Positions 1-10,122 of a DNA stretch of 64,000 nucleotides are shown one piece after another. Every line of letters begins with the position of its first letter. Within the stretch, counting starts at the first letter, position 1. The notes under the pieces were generated by a model that had not been told where the DNA came from, made no database searches, and saw only the letters and a program-made list of their open reading frames with translations. The position numbers were made by a program, and so were the translations under genes. The stretch lies in contig JAANOX010000271.1 of NCBI GenBank assembly GCA_020184695.1, positions 1 to 64,000 on the forward strand, in the 5' to 3' direction. Origin of the DNA: Histomonas meleagridis 2922-C6/04-290x (taxonomy: Eukaryota; Protista; Parabasalia).

Positions 1-2
1 GC

Positions 3-74
3 GATACTTATTTCACATTAGACTTACAAAATGGTCTGAAATACCATACTAATGGTACACCAGAGGGTTATTAA
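3..74 (+). CDS. C-terminal end of a viral gene entering from the left, possibly the capsid protein
   Basis: Open frame DTYFTLDLQNGLKYHTNGTPEGY* from the window edge. Resemblance to trichomonad Maverick capsid-like C-termini is recalled only, not verified. Confidence 0.35.
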   Translation, partial: DTYFTLDLQNGLKYHTNGTPEGY

Positions 75-230
75 ATAAAAATTATTTTAAAATTAGATCT
101 CAGATTTTTTTTTTTTTAAAGATTAGAATTGATTGTTTATTGATACGGATGAGTGATCGCGTAGTCAAGTGCTCTATCGAACTGCTCTAGGTATTCCGGC
201 TTCAAGATGCGCCTGTAGCATTGACTCCAA

Positions 231-395
231 TTAAGTCAAACTTTCAAGGCAGCCAGGGACTAGGTTTTTAAGAGGCTCACGAGTTTCTTCTCCTGTGCTC
301 CAGTGCACCAGGAAAGAGACCGCCCCATCTTTGAACTCGGGATCAGAGATATGATCGACTGCGTACTCTTGTTCCATTCCTGAAAGTGAAGTCAT
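231..395 (-). CDS. Small chromodomain protein (possibly frameshifted at 3' end)
   Basis: EYAVDHI...GAVSFLVHWSTGEETREPLKNL matches the chromodomain pattern (Y.V..I...G...FLV.W....T.EP..NL). Likely ATG at 395. Confidence 0.65.
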   Translation of the reverse strand: MTSLSGMEQEYAVDHISDPEFKDGAVSFLVHWSTGEETREPLKNLVPGCLESLT

Positions 396-508
396 GAAAA
401 AATATTGTCTCTCAATTAAACTTTTTTTGATATATTTTTTTATTATTTTGAAACGAAACACCCTTTCAAATATTGAGAAAATAGGTTAGGACTTTTGTGT
501 TTTTTTAT

Positions 509-895
509 TTATAGATCATTTTGAGGTTGATTATTTTGTGGCATTAATGTATTAGCATAATTTTGTAATACATTCAATTTATTTACATAAGCATTATATT
601 TATTAAAATCATCATTAAATATTTGATTTAATAATTCCATTTTAGATATTTGATAAGCTTGATCCAATTGTTCAGGCGTTATATTTTGTAAAGGATTCTT
701 TATAGTAGGATGATATTTTTCATCTATAAATTTATAAATTTGTTTTCTAAGTAAATTATGATATTTATTATACACAGTTACAGTTACTGTTATTACATTT
801 TTATTTTTTACTATAGAAAAGGAAGGTTTAATATTAATTGCACTAAAATCACAATCTTTAAATTCTTGTGCAAAGCATGTATAAAGAGCTTCCAT
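509..895 (-). CDS. Hypothetical viral protein
   Basis: 128-aa ORF preceded by an Inr-like TCACTTCATTATTTTT; no recognised motif. Confidence 0.6.
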   Translation of the reverse strand: MEALYTCFAQEFKDCDFSAINIKPSFSIVKNKNVITVTVTVYNKYHNLLRKQIYKFIDEKYHPTIKNPLQNITPEQLDQAYQISKMELLNQIFNDDFNKYNAYVNKLNVLQNYANTLMPQNNQPQNDL

Positions 896-917
896 TAAAA
901 AATAATGAAGTGACAGA

Positions 918-1750
918 ATGCTTTTTATGAAATTATTTTATTTTATGGAAAACGATATTAATATTGATGCATTAGATAATATGATTGATTATTGTTTATA
1001 TAAAAATAAACCTAAATTAAATGAAGAATTAATAAGTGAAATTCATCCAGAAGTGAATGTACCTTATAATTCTTTAAATATAGCAGTAGGTAGACAAAGA
1101 AGTGGGAAAACTCAATGTATAATTAGAGAAATTATTAAAATTAGTAATATTAGTCCTAGAACTCATTTATTAATTTATATTAATAATAAAAATGGATTAG
1201 AAAATGATCCTACATTTGAATCATTAAAACCTTTAATTAAAATCCCAATTTTATATGTAGCTGAAAATCAAGCAGAAGATATAGTTAAAGATATATTAAA
1301 ATGGAAACAATTTTATAATGAAATTAAAAATAATCATTGGGAAAATAAAATAGTAGATAATCAAATAACTGAATTATTTGAAAAAAATTATATATTAATA
1401 ATTTTAATAATTTAACTTTACATACTATAATATTTTTTGAAGATTGTGCTAATAGTCCTTTATTTAAAAAACCTACTAATTATTTTAATCAATTATTTAC
1501 TAAATTAGCTCATATTCAATGTTCTGTATTTTTCGCTGTACAATTTTGGAAATCTTTACCTGCTGAAGTTAAAGCTAATGTAAGTACTATATTTATATTT
1601 CCTAATTTCTCTAAACAACAATTAAGATATATGATTGAACAAATACCATTACCTTATACTAAAGATCAAATTTATTCAGTTTATCAAAAATTAACTGGTC
1701 ATCAAAAAATGATTATTGATGTTAATAATCAAAATATAAAAATTGAATAA
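918..1750 (+). CDS. A32-like (FtsK/HerA) DNA packaging ATPase, one frameshift
   Basis: Walker A AVGRQRSGKT. After a frameshift in the A-run at 1381-1387 the frame continues with Walker B IIFFED, then FFAVQFWKSLPAEVKANVSTIFIF, ending at TAA 1748-1750. Confidence 0.85.
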
Positions 1751-1781
1751 AAAAAAATTTTTTTTAAAATCATTTTTTTTA

Positions 1782-2823
1782 ATGCAACAAGATGTGATAT
1801 ATGGAACACGTAGACCACGAAATAAAGATGGTACACGTATATATCCACCAATTATTAAAAAAGAACCTAAAAGATATGTTACAGAGGGTGATGCTAAATA
1901 TATTTTTGATGATGATTTAAGTCATTATAAATATAATGATGTTTATAGTACATTAATTTTTGAGATTATGAAAGCTTTAGAACATCTTATACTTGATTTA
2001 AAAGAAAGATGTTAGAAAAGTTAGAGATGCACAAACATATGGAGGTGCTTTGGAATATGTTAACAAACATAATGATGGTAAAGATCCAAAATATCATTGG
2101 TCAGTAAAAAAAAATATATTAATGAAGATGGAATTCCAGATATTATTATAAGAGATCAACATAAAAGAGCTAAATTTGTTAATGGATGGACAGTCAAAAA
2201 ACAAGATCCTTATCAAGTAGCATATATGGAATATTTACAAAATAATTATGGTAATCCTACAAAAAGAAGACAACATAGAGCAGATGGAAAGAAGATTAAA
2301 TCTTTCAATGAATGGCTAGATAGTGAAGTAAGAACAGTAAAATATGATAAACCATTCGATGATCCAACTGTCCAATATAATCCTGAATATGATGAATTTA
2401 GGGAAAAAGTGAAAAGGGCTAATGATAACTATTATAGAGATACTGGTGTTATGAATATTTATAAATTACATAGTACTCCAAGAAGAAGGTCAGCAAATGC
2501 AGTATTTACAAGTTTACTTGTTAAAGATGCATATAAAACTTTCGTTGATAAATATGAAGGTAATAGTGAATATCAAGGAAGAATTAGGGGTTATTGTCCA
2601 ATACTTCAATTATCTGCTGCATTATACAAAATTAATGGTAATTCCTAAAGTAGAAGAACTATTAAAAAAACGTAATATTCCAAATATTGAAGCAGGTAAA
2701 AAATATAAATTGGAGACAGGTGAAAGTTATTATTCAACTGCTTGTAAAAAAGTTGTTACTGATTTGTTAGAAGATCCTAACCATGAACAAATAATGTTAG
2801 ATGCAGTTAAAAAAAATATGTAG
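1782..2823 (+). CDS. Hypothetical viral protein, split by frameshifts (ORFs 1743-2015, 2097-2648, 2497-2823)
   Basis: Consecutive overlapping ORFs join at homopolymer runs. Contains INEDGIPDIIIRD...FVNGW; ATG 1782 follows an Inr motif. Confidence 0.55.
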
Positions 2824-2903
2824 TAAGTATAATTGGTACACCTAATGGATTAGCAGATGAGTAAGTTAATAAACAAAATTTTTTTTTAAAATCATTATTT
2901 TTT

Positions 2904-3425
2904 ATGATTAAAATAAGTGATTTCTCACCCCATGTAGGGAAGAATAATACTGAACATAATAGTTCTAGTGCTAATTGTAAAGTTATTATTAATAATAACA
3001 ATAGTGAAACACCAGCACATTATCCTGAAGTTAATGAAGAAACATCAAAAATAATTACAAGAGAAACCGAACTGGATACTGATTATGCTAGTGAAATATA
3101 TAAACATATAGTTTTAACATTTAGTGTGATATCAAAAACAAATAATATGAAATTAATAGCAAATATAATTGATAATAGTGGTAAAATTATAATCAATGCT
3201 AATGATTTAGTACAAGCTATAATTTAATATTGAGAATTGATTTTAATCAAGTCAGATTAAGTTATGAAGATCCTGAACCTGGATGTTTAAAACATGTAAA
3301 TCCAATTAAAAAAGTTAATTTAATTAAGATTAATGGTTATGATTTTTAATTCTCAATATAATAAAGAATATAACACATTAATGGATGAATTTAATATTTC
3401 CTTAGAAAAAGTATTTATTTATTAA
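2904..3425 (+). CDS. Hypothetical viral protein, frameshifted
   Basis: ORF 2904-3227 continues in shifted frames (RLSYEDPEPGCLKHVNPIKK...NTLMDEFNISLEKVFIY*). Its stop overlaps the convergent integrase stop. Confidence 0.5.
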
Positions 3426-4589
3426 TAAAACATCATTGGATCTTTTTCTTTTGAAGGTATAATAATTGCATTTGGAACTGGATTTAATAAATATCTTGGT
3501 ACTGACATTTTTATTCCTTTATCATTATGAATATCATATTTACCTTTTTAGTAATTATCTACTATATAAATATCTGATAATATTTTTGATCTCTTTTTTA
3601 ATTGATCTGTGTTATAAACTGTTACTGTTGTACCAGGAGGTAAATAAAATCCTTTTTGTTTCATAATATTATAATTTAATTTATGTAGAGATAAACCAAA
3701 AGATTTTTGTTTTATTTTAGCTTCATATGGTGATATTTTTTTATGATTTAATTTAGATAATGTTTTATGATAAGTATGATTATAATTATGTATAATTTTA
3801 TTCATATCATGAGGTTGAATATATTCTAAACCCATATTATCAGCCATATCTCTAATAGTTCTACAAATTCTATTAATTATAGCTAAAGATGAATGTATAG
3901 GATAAGATTTATTTTTAATTATTATTCTTTTAAACAGGAATTATTTTTAGTACCAATTAAATGATTTGAAATATATTGTAAAGGTTTTTGATAAAAAAAT
4001 GTTGTTTCTGAATCACAATGAATAATTTTTAGGATTAAATAAACCTGTACCATAAAGTTCAAATAAAGCTTTAGCTACACTTTCGATTGATTTTTTTACT
4101 AATGTTTATCGTTTATTTTTAATATTAGTAAAAGTACCAAATAAATATCTAGTTTGTACTTCTACAGCTACTAAATAACAATCATAATAATTAAATTCAT
4201 CACTATGTGAAAAAAAATAAATCCATTTGATATTCTCCATTACCTCCAATATATTTTTAATTGATATTTTTTTATTTAATTTGAAAGGAAAATAATTTAT
4301 ATTCGGTTTTCTTTTACCTTTTTTTGTATAATCATTACTATAAGGTTTATTTAATTTTTTAAATAAATATTTTTTTTTATTTAAAGTTTTAAAACCTGTA
4401 TTAATATTTTGGTTATCTTCATAAATATTGTAAGAATCATTTGGAGTTACATATCTAAAATGATAAAAATAATATAAAAGATATAATGAATAAGCATAAT
4501 CTAATGGAATATTTTTTGTTATATTTGAGTTACTTAATTTTTGTAATTAAGAAATTAATAAATTCTTGTATAGTTTTTAGGTTTCCCAT
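3422..4589 (-). CDS. Retroviral-like (rve/DDE) integrase, multiply frameshifted
   Basis: Hand translation gives EYQMDLFFF...LLVAVEVQTRY (first Asp), IHCDSE (second Asp), HSSLAIINRICRTIRD and YNHTYHKTL...ISP, all typical of Polinton-type integrases. Confidence 0.8.
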
Positions 4590-5165
4590 TTTTTTAAAAT
4601 CATTTTTCTACTTCTTTTGCAAATATTTTATGAAGTAATATTCTTAAAGGTGTATATTGTAGAAGAATAGATTTATAATAGTTATAATATTCATTTAATG
4701 GATATAAACCTATATGTCCATCAATATAATCTATATTATATTTTTTAATAATATCATTAATTAATTTCTTAAATTCATCAAAATCTAATCTTGTATTAAT
4801 TTGGTTTTTTTTTTAAAATTTATAATAAAACTATTAATAATGATTTGATAATATTCTTTCATAGACTTAAATTGAATTCTATATGTGGGTGATATTGGAA
4901 CCCCATTTCTAACAGATTTTGTTGCTTCATCCATTAGTTTTAAAAAAAATTATTTAATGATAAATCAAATTTCAGATTACGAAAAAAATCAATTTTAAAT
5001 TTTTGCATTAAAAAAATTCGTAAAAAGAAGGCTGTTTTTCAGGTCCTTTATCATTAAGTAGAGCTAATCGTCGTACTTCATCTAATGGAGATTTATTGAT
5101 GCTAGGTTCTTTTTTTGGTTCACGTTCTTCCATTCTAAAAAAATAAAAATGAAATAAAATATTTT

Positions 5166-7158
5166 TTATTCTTTAAATATACTTAATAAATGTTCATCTA
5201 TTTTACCTGTTACTTTACCAACTATTGAATTTAATATTGTAGTAGTTATTACTAAATCATCTGATAATTTATTACCATCAAATAATACTACATCACCAAT
5301 TTCATAATCTGCGGTATTATTTACTCTAAAAAAAAAAAATCTCCATGTGTTGCAAAAATCAATAGTATCTTGTAAAATTTCGATTTCTCTTTTTAATAAC
5401 ATCACCTATTGAAGCTTTATATCCAGTTCCATGTTTAGCTACACATATCCCTAAATATTCTTTATAAGTACCTGATGTTTTTAACTGATGGAATACAATC
5501 AGTTGATGAAGTATTTGTAACATATTTTCCTTCATTGGTTAAAGCATAGACCTTCCCTGTTAAAAATACTGGTGAACCAATTTGAAATTGTGTTAAAGTC
5601 TTCTGCAACAGGTGCATTATGAGTAATAGTTGTATTGATTTGTGCTAAGACCTCCAGTTCCTTCAAATGTATTAAATGTAGTTGCAATATAATATATTGC
5701 ACTATATATATCAGAAAAATGTATCATTATTTTGTTTCTTTTTTTGTTACAGATTCAAAATATAATCTTCCATATTTTTTATCTTCAGTAGGTGTACATC
5801 CATAAATTCTCCATAATAATTGATATGTATTACCTGATTCTTCAATTATACTGTGAAATAAAGTTAATTTAGTAGATTCTAAACTAGTGAATTGACCAGT
5901 ACCGGATTTTTATATTTCCTGTATTATCAATACCATTAGTTTTTACAGAGTACATAATTTGAGAGCAATTTAATTTAGTACAACCTAATGCATCAAAAGC
6001 TGCTGTGTAATAAAAACCATTGCAACCTTTTAGTGTTGGTTTAAATTCCATAACATTCCCTGTACATTGTATTCTGAAACTATAATCATTTTCATATCCA
6101 TCACTAGTATGCATATCTATATAAGGACCTGTTTCTAAAACACCATCGTTTTTAATAACTGCAATTGAAGGAACACTAATATTTAAATTTGAATCTGCAG
6201 GAGATGAATCTAAAGCAAAACCATTAATTGTTGAACATGTGATATTTTCTGGATTTGATACTGTAGGAATATCTGTTAAATTCATTATAACTATGTGTAT
6301 GATTTGTAGCAGCATATTTTGTATCATGATTATGATCTTTCAGAGCATACTCCGTATGTGTATGTACTGATGGTGGAAATGATTCAGGTTTATCAGTTAA
6401 ATCATTATAACTATGCGTATGTTCTGAAGGTGGGAATGTTTCAGGTTTATCATTTAAATCATTATAACTATGAGTATGAACTGTAGGTGGAAATGTTTCA
6501 GGTTTATCATTTAAATCGTTATAACTATGAGTATGTTCTGTTGAAGCATAGTTTGTATGTTCATGATCTTTTTTAGCATAAATCTCATCATGATTATGAT
6601 CATTTAAAGATATCTTAGTTGTATCTAAATTATTAATAGTTGCACATTGAATATTTCCATTATTTCCAAAACTTAATAATGAACCAGTTTTTGTTTTAAA
6701 ATCTAATGAATTAGTATTAGCAGTTATTCTCCATGTATTATCTTTATCATAATCTGCCTTATTATGCATATCAATATATTGTCCAACTTCTACAACACCA
6801 TCTTCTTTTTAATGTAATAATAGGTGGCACATATAATTTTGTATCCCATTTACCACCTTCTGCAGTTGTTAATTGAAAACAATTTAATGAATTAACTTGT
6901 ACATTCCCATTTACTGTTAAATCATTATTTATTGTATTATGAGTATGACTTTTTTTTTTTTTTTTTTCATCTGATTGCGATTTATTATAATATAATTGAG
7001 GTAATGTAATCGAAGTTATAGTATTAAGTTTTTTTGTTATTTGTTCATTTGTTGGATAATTTTTCTAAAAGTTCTTGTAAGTCATTTTGATCAATAATTT
7101 CAGGAGCAGCAACAACATTAGTTTTTATACCTTTCGTAGCATTCTCAATACTAAACAT
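5166..7158 (-). CDS. Fibre/spike-like virion protein with phage-tail-type repeats, multiply frameshifted (about 660 aa reconstructed)
   Basis: ATG 7158 follows an Inr. Two copies of a DGV.E.G.YIDMH...D...RI module, 3x HTHSYNDL(N/T)DKPE(T/S)FPP and further HxH motifs. C-terminal part is ORF 5166-5405. Confidence 0.65.
6362..6535 (-). repeat. 3 x 57-nt coding tandem repeat (HTHSYNDLNDKPETFPPxx)
   Basis: Directly visible near-identical 57-nt units within ORF 6224-6769. Confidence 0.9.
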
Positions 7159-7179
7159 TAATAAAAATGATTTTTTTAT

Positions 7180-7455
7180 TTAATAAATTAATAATAATTC
7201 TGACATAAAATATTCTGGATCAATTTCTTTACCATTCATTTTTTTAAACCATATTTTAAAATTGGGTTTTTCTACTTTTTATATTCATATTTCTTATATT
7301 TAGTCCTGTTTTTCATTTGTATAAATACAAAAAAATAATCTTCATAATGGTCACGTTCAATAAAATCAGCAGGCATTGAAACATCAGATACTAAATAATC
7401 CTTAAATTTACACTTACATTGCTGTACTACAATATATGTAGTATTTTTGAGAATC
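7180..7455 (-). pseudogene. 5'-truncated viral gene (…ADFIERDHYEDYFF…TKYKKY…FKIWFKKMNGKEIDPEYFMSELLLIY*)
   Basis: The reading frame has no ATG start and sequence composition changes abruptly at ~7455. Resemblance to a conserved trichomonad Maverick ORF is recalled, not verified. Confidence 0.5.
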
Positions 7456-7832
7456 GACAAATTCAGGCGGAAAACGGTTTTCTTTTTGTGAAGTACAAAA
7501 AAATACGTTTTTAGTCACAGGTTTAAGCATTTATAAAAAAATAAAGTTTGCCATGCGACCAAACAATATAACCGTCGCTTTTTGACTGCAAACCTCTGAC
7601 CAAATATAAAATTAATAGGATAAATGTCCGGCCAAACATAACCGGGGACAATTTGTGCTGGTTATACGAGGTTTTTGATAGGTTTATGCGAAAAGTGGCA
7701 TAAAAAGTGCTATCGTCCCTATGAAAAAGTTTCGCGTTCTCTCAAAATTGAATGCTCATTCAAATTTTCTATCGAATTGTATGGCTCACAAAAATCATTT
7801 TGATTTTTGTTGCGAGCGGAGCGAGCACACTC

Positions 7833-7909
7833 GGGGGATTGAAGGGGTCTGAGACCTCCGGAGGGGTCCGAAGGGCACCTCCGGGGGTCGAAGACCCCGG
7901 AAATCCCCC
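7833..7909. other. GC-rich multibranch stem-loop (outer stem GGGGGATT/AATCCCCC enclosing hairpins with GAA/TGA loops)
   Basis: Complementary pairs read directly: 7833-7840 with 7902-7909, CGGAGG/CCTCCG, GGGGTC-GAA-GACCCC. Confidence 0.8.
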
Positions 7910-7923
7910 CAGTGAAAAGTAAA

Positions 7924-8000
7924 GGTCGGGAATGATCACGAGGACCCTAGGGGCCCCGCCCCCGGCGGGGCCCCTAGGGACCTCGTGATCATTCCCGACC
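7924..8000. repeat. Near-perfect 77-nt palindrome (37-bp arms, CCC loop)
   Basis: 7924-7960 is the reverse complement of 7964-8000 except for one A.A mismatch (7944/7980). Confidence 0.97.
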
Positions 8001-8458
8001 GCATTATATACCTACCGAAACACGCGTTTTAAGACATCAATGCGAAATTAACTTTTTCAAAACTCATTCAAATCATTTTGCCCGCCAATTTTTCAGTACT
8101 CATTCAATTATTAATCGTTTTGCCACTAAATTCAATGTCAATTCAAAAAATTTTACGTTTGACACTAATTGAAAACATCGTAGATATTTTTCTTTATCTA
8201 TTCGAATATTTTTTACAACACATTTTACAACAATTACTCGACCGTTAAAATTCATCAACCGTCATTTTCTCCGTCCGTTAATTTATACCAAAAATCAAAC
8301 AGAAAACCGTTAAAAAAAATTTTTTGAAATCCGTTAAAAAAAGTTTATTTTTCACAACTTACTTTTTCAGCGGTTGTTCAAATTTATCAACCGTCATTTT
8401 CTCCGTCCGTTTATTTTTCGTAAACGTATCACTAACGAACGTTAATTTTTCATCAACT

Positions 8459-8610
8459 GACATGTGATATGAAATGAAAAGACATGTGATATGAAATGAT
8501 TTTTCGGAAACGACATGTGAAAATGAAAAACAGAAATGTTATGTGAAATGTTTATATAAAAGTGACACAGACATGTGATATGAAAATTTACACAAAAGTG
8601 ACATCAAAAG
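8459..8610. repeat. Short iterated motifs GACATGTGA(TATGAAA) x4 and AAAAGTGACA x3
   Basis: Directly visible repeated oligomers; ACCGTCATTTTCTCCGTCCGTT is also duplicated at ~8258 and ~8388. Confidence 0.75.
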
Positions 8611-8740
8611 TGACACAAAATTTTTGAGGGTTAAAAAAATAAAAAAATAAACCCTTTTATTAACCCTTAACGAATCGGATAAAATAAGCGTTTTTCGGAT
8701 GATTTTACAAAATTAAAAATTAAAGCTAATATTAAAAAAA

Positions 8741-9796
8741 TTTATTTTTTTGTCATTCAACTTTTGCGTTAAATCCTTCAATAAATGCTCATTTTCTCCG
8801 TTTCGTAAAGGGTTAAAAAAAGGGTTAAAAAAACATCTTTGAAAATTAAAAGGTACTTTTTACATTCAAAATCTCAGTTAATAACAACTTTAAGCTCCAA
8901 ACACTAAAAATCCACATAGGATTAACAACAAAACACTAAAATCCACATAGTATTAACAACAACTCACCCGGTTCAATTCATCACACATTTTAAATATAAA
9001 TGCCATCATGAATTTAAATATATTTTATTACTTTCAATCAAAACCAACCGATTTATGAGAATTCAATCGATTTTAGCCGTTCATCCTTTAGTTTATGTAG
9101 CGCGAGTGGGAGCGAGTGCGTAGCACGAAGCTCACATAGCGCTGTGTGTGTGTGTGTGACGAAATCAACGAGGATTCAATTGAAGTTAATAAGTATGGCA
9201 ATCATCAATTAGAAGATTATTATTATGATGATAAAACAGATGCGTTTTACTTTTGGAACGGTATTAAATTCAGAAAATTAACAATCTGTTATGATAAGCG
9301 CGGTTCTGCTCATGTTTATTGCAGAGATACTAATAATTCAAGTTTTGCACTTTATTATTCAAAATTTAAAAAACTTTACGGTTTCGTTTAAAAATAATTT
9401 ATTTTTTTGTCATTCAACTTTTGCGTTAAATCATTCAAAAAATGCTCATTTTCTCCGTTTCGTAAAGGGTTAAAAAAAGGGTTAAAAAAACATCTTTGAA
9501 AATTAAAAGGTACTTTTTACATTCAAAACCTCAGTTAATAACAACTTTAAGCTCCAAACACTAAAATCTACATAGGATTAACAACAAATTCTTACCGATA
9601 TATCAACCGTCAACTTTTGCGTTAAATCATTCAATAAATGCTCATTTTCTCCGTTTCGTAAAGGGTTAAAAAAAGGGTTAAAAAAAGGGTTAAAAAAACA
9701 TCTTTGAAAATTAAAAGGTACTTTTTTTACATTCACAACCTCAGTTAATAACAACTTTAAGCTCCAAACACTAAAATCCACATAGGATTAACAACA
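8741..9796. repeat. Three copies of a ~190-bp module (8741-8930, 9398-9586, 9611-9796)
   Basis: Near-identical text CAACTTTTGCGTTAAATC...GGATTAACAACA, with 2-3 internal AAAGGGTTAAAA units. Confidence 0.95.
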
Positions 9797-10122
9797 ATTT
9801 ATCCGTTATAGTCAGCAACTCCCGTAAACTTGCAATATTCACGTCAAATCACTAAAATGGAGAAACTCACTCAGCTCTTCCGAATTTCCTTTAGCTAATA
9901 ACTTTTTTAGTAGTAGTATTAGTAGTAGTAGTATTTTTATGCCTCACACATTTTAAATATAAATGTCATCATGAATTTAAATATATTTTATTACTTTCAA
10001 TCAAAACCAACCGATTTATGATAATTCAATCGATTTTAGCCGTTCATCCTTTAGTTTATGTAGCGCGAGTGGGAGCGAGTGCGTAGCACGAAGCTCACAT
10101 AGCGCTGTGTGTGTGTGTGTGT
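8981..10122. repeat. Two copies of a ~178-bp module ending in (TG)n (8981-9158, 9944-10122)
   Basis: Near-identical text TCACACATTTTAAATATAAATG...GAGCGAGTGCGTAGCACGAAGCTCACATAGCGC(TG)n. Confidence 0.95.
9146..9391 (+). pseudogene. C-terminal gene fragment, possibly the domain that follows HNH endonucleases in trichomonad Mavericks
   Basis: The ORF begins inside the (TG)n tract with no ATG. The VDEI...YYY...FYF...FRKL pattern resembles such proteins from recall only. Confidence 0.4.

Larger units (their letters stand above)
1..7455. mobile_element. Maverick/Polinton-like endogenous viral element, partial (continues left of window; right boundary unclear)
   Basis: Compact, very AT-rich, gene-dense block with an A32/FtsK-type packaging ATPase, a DDE integrase and a fibre-like gene. 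This is the Polinton/Maverick gene combination. No protein-primed DNA polymerase is visible in the window. Confidence 0.85.

Noticed and set aside
7924-8000. Fold-back assembly artefact or rho-independent terminator
   Set aside because: Flanks are not inverted beyond 37 bp, there is no U-tract, and the context is eukaryotic.
9578-9781. ORFs 9291-9473 and 9578-9781
   Set aside because: Translations of the non-coding ~190-bp repeat modules.
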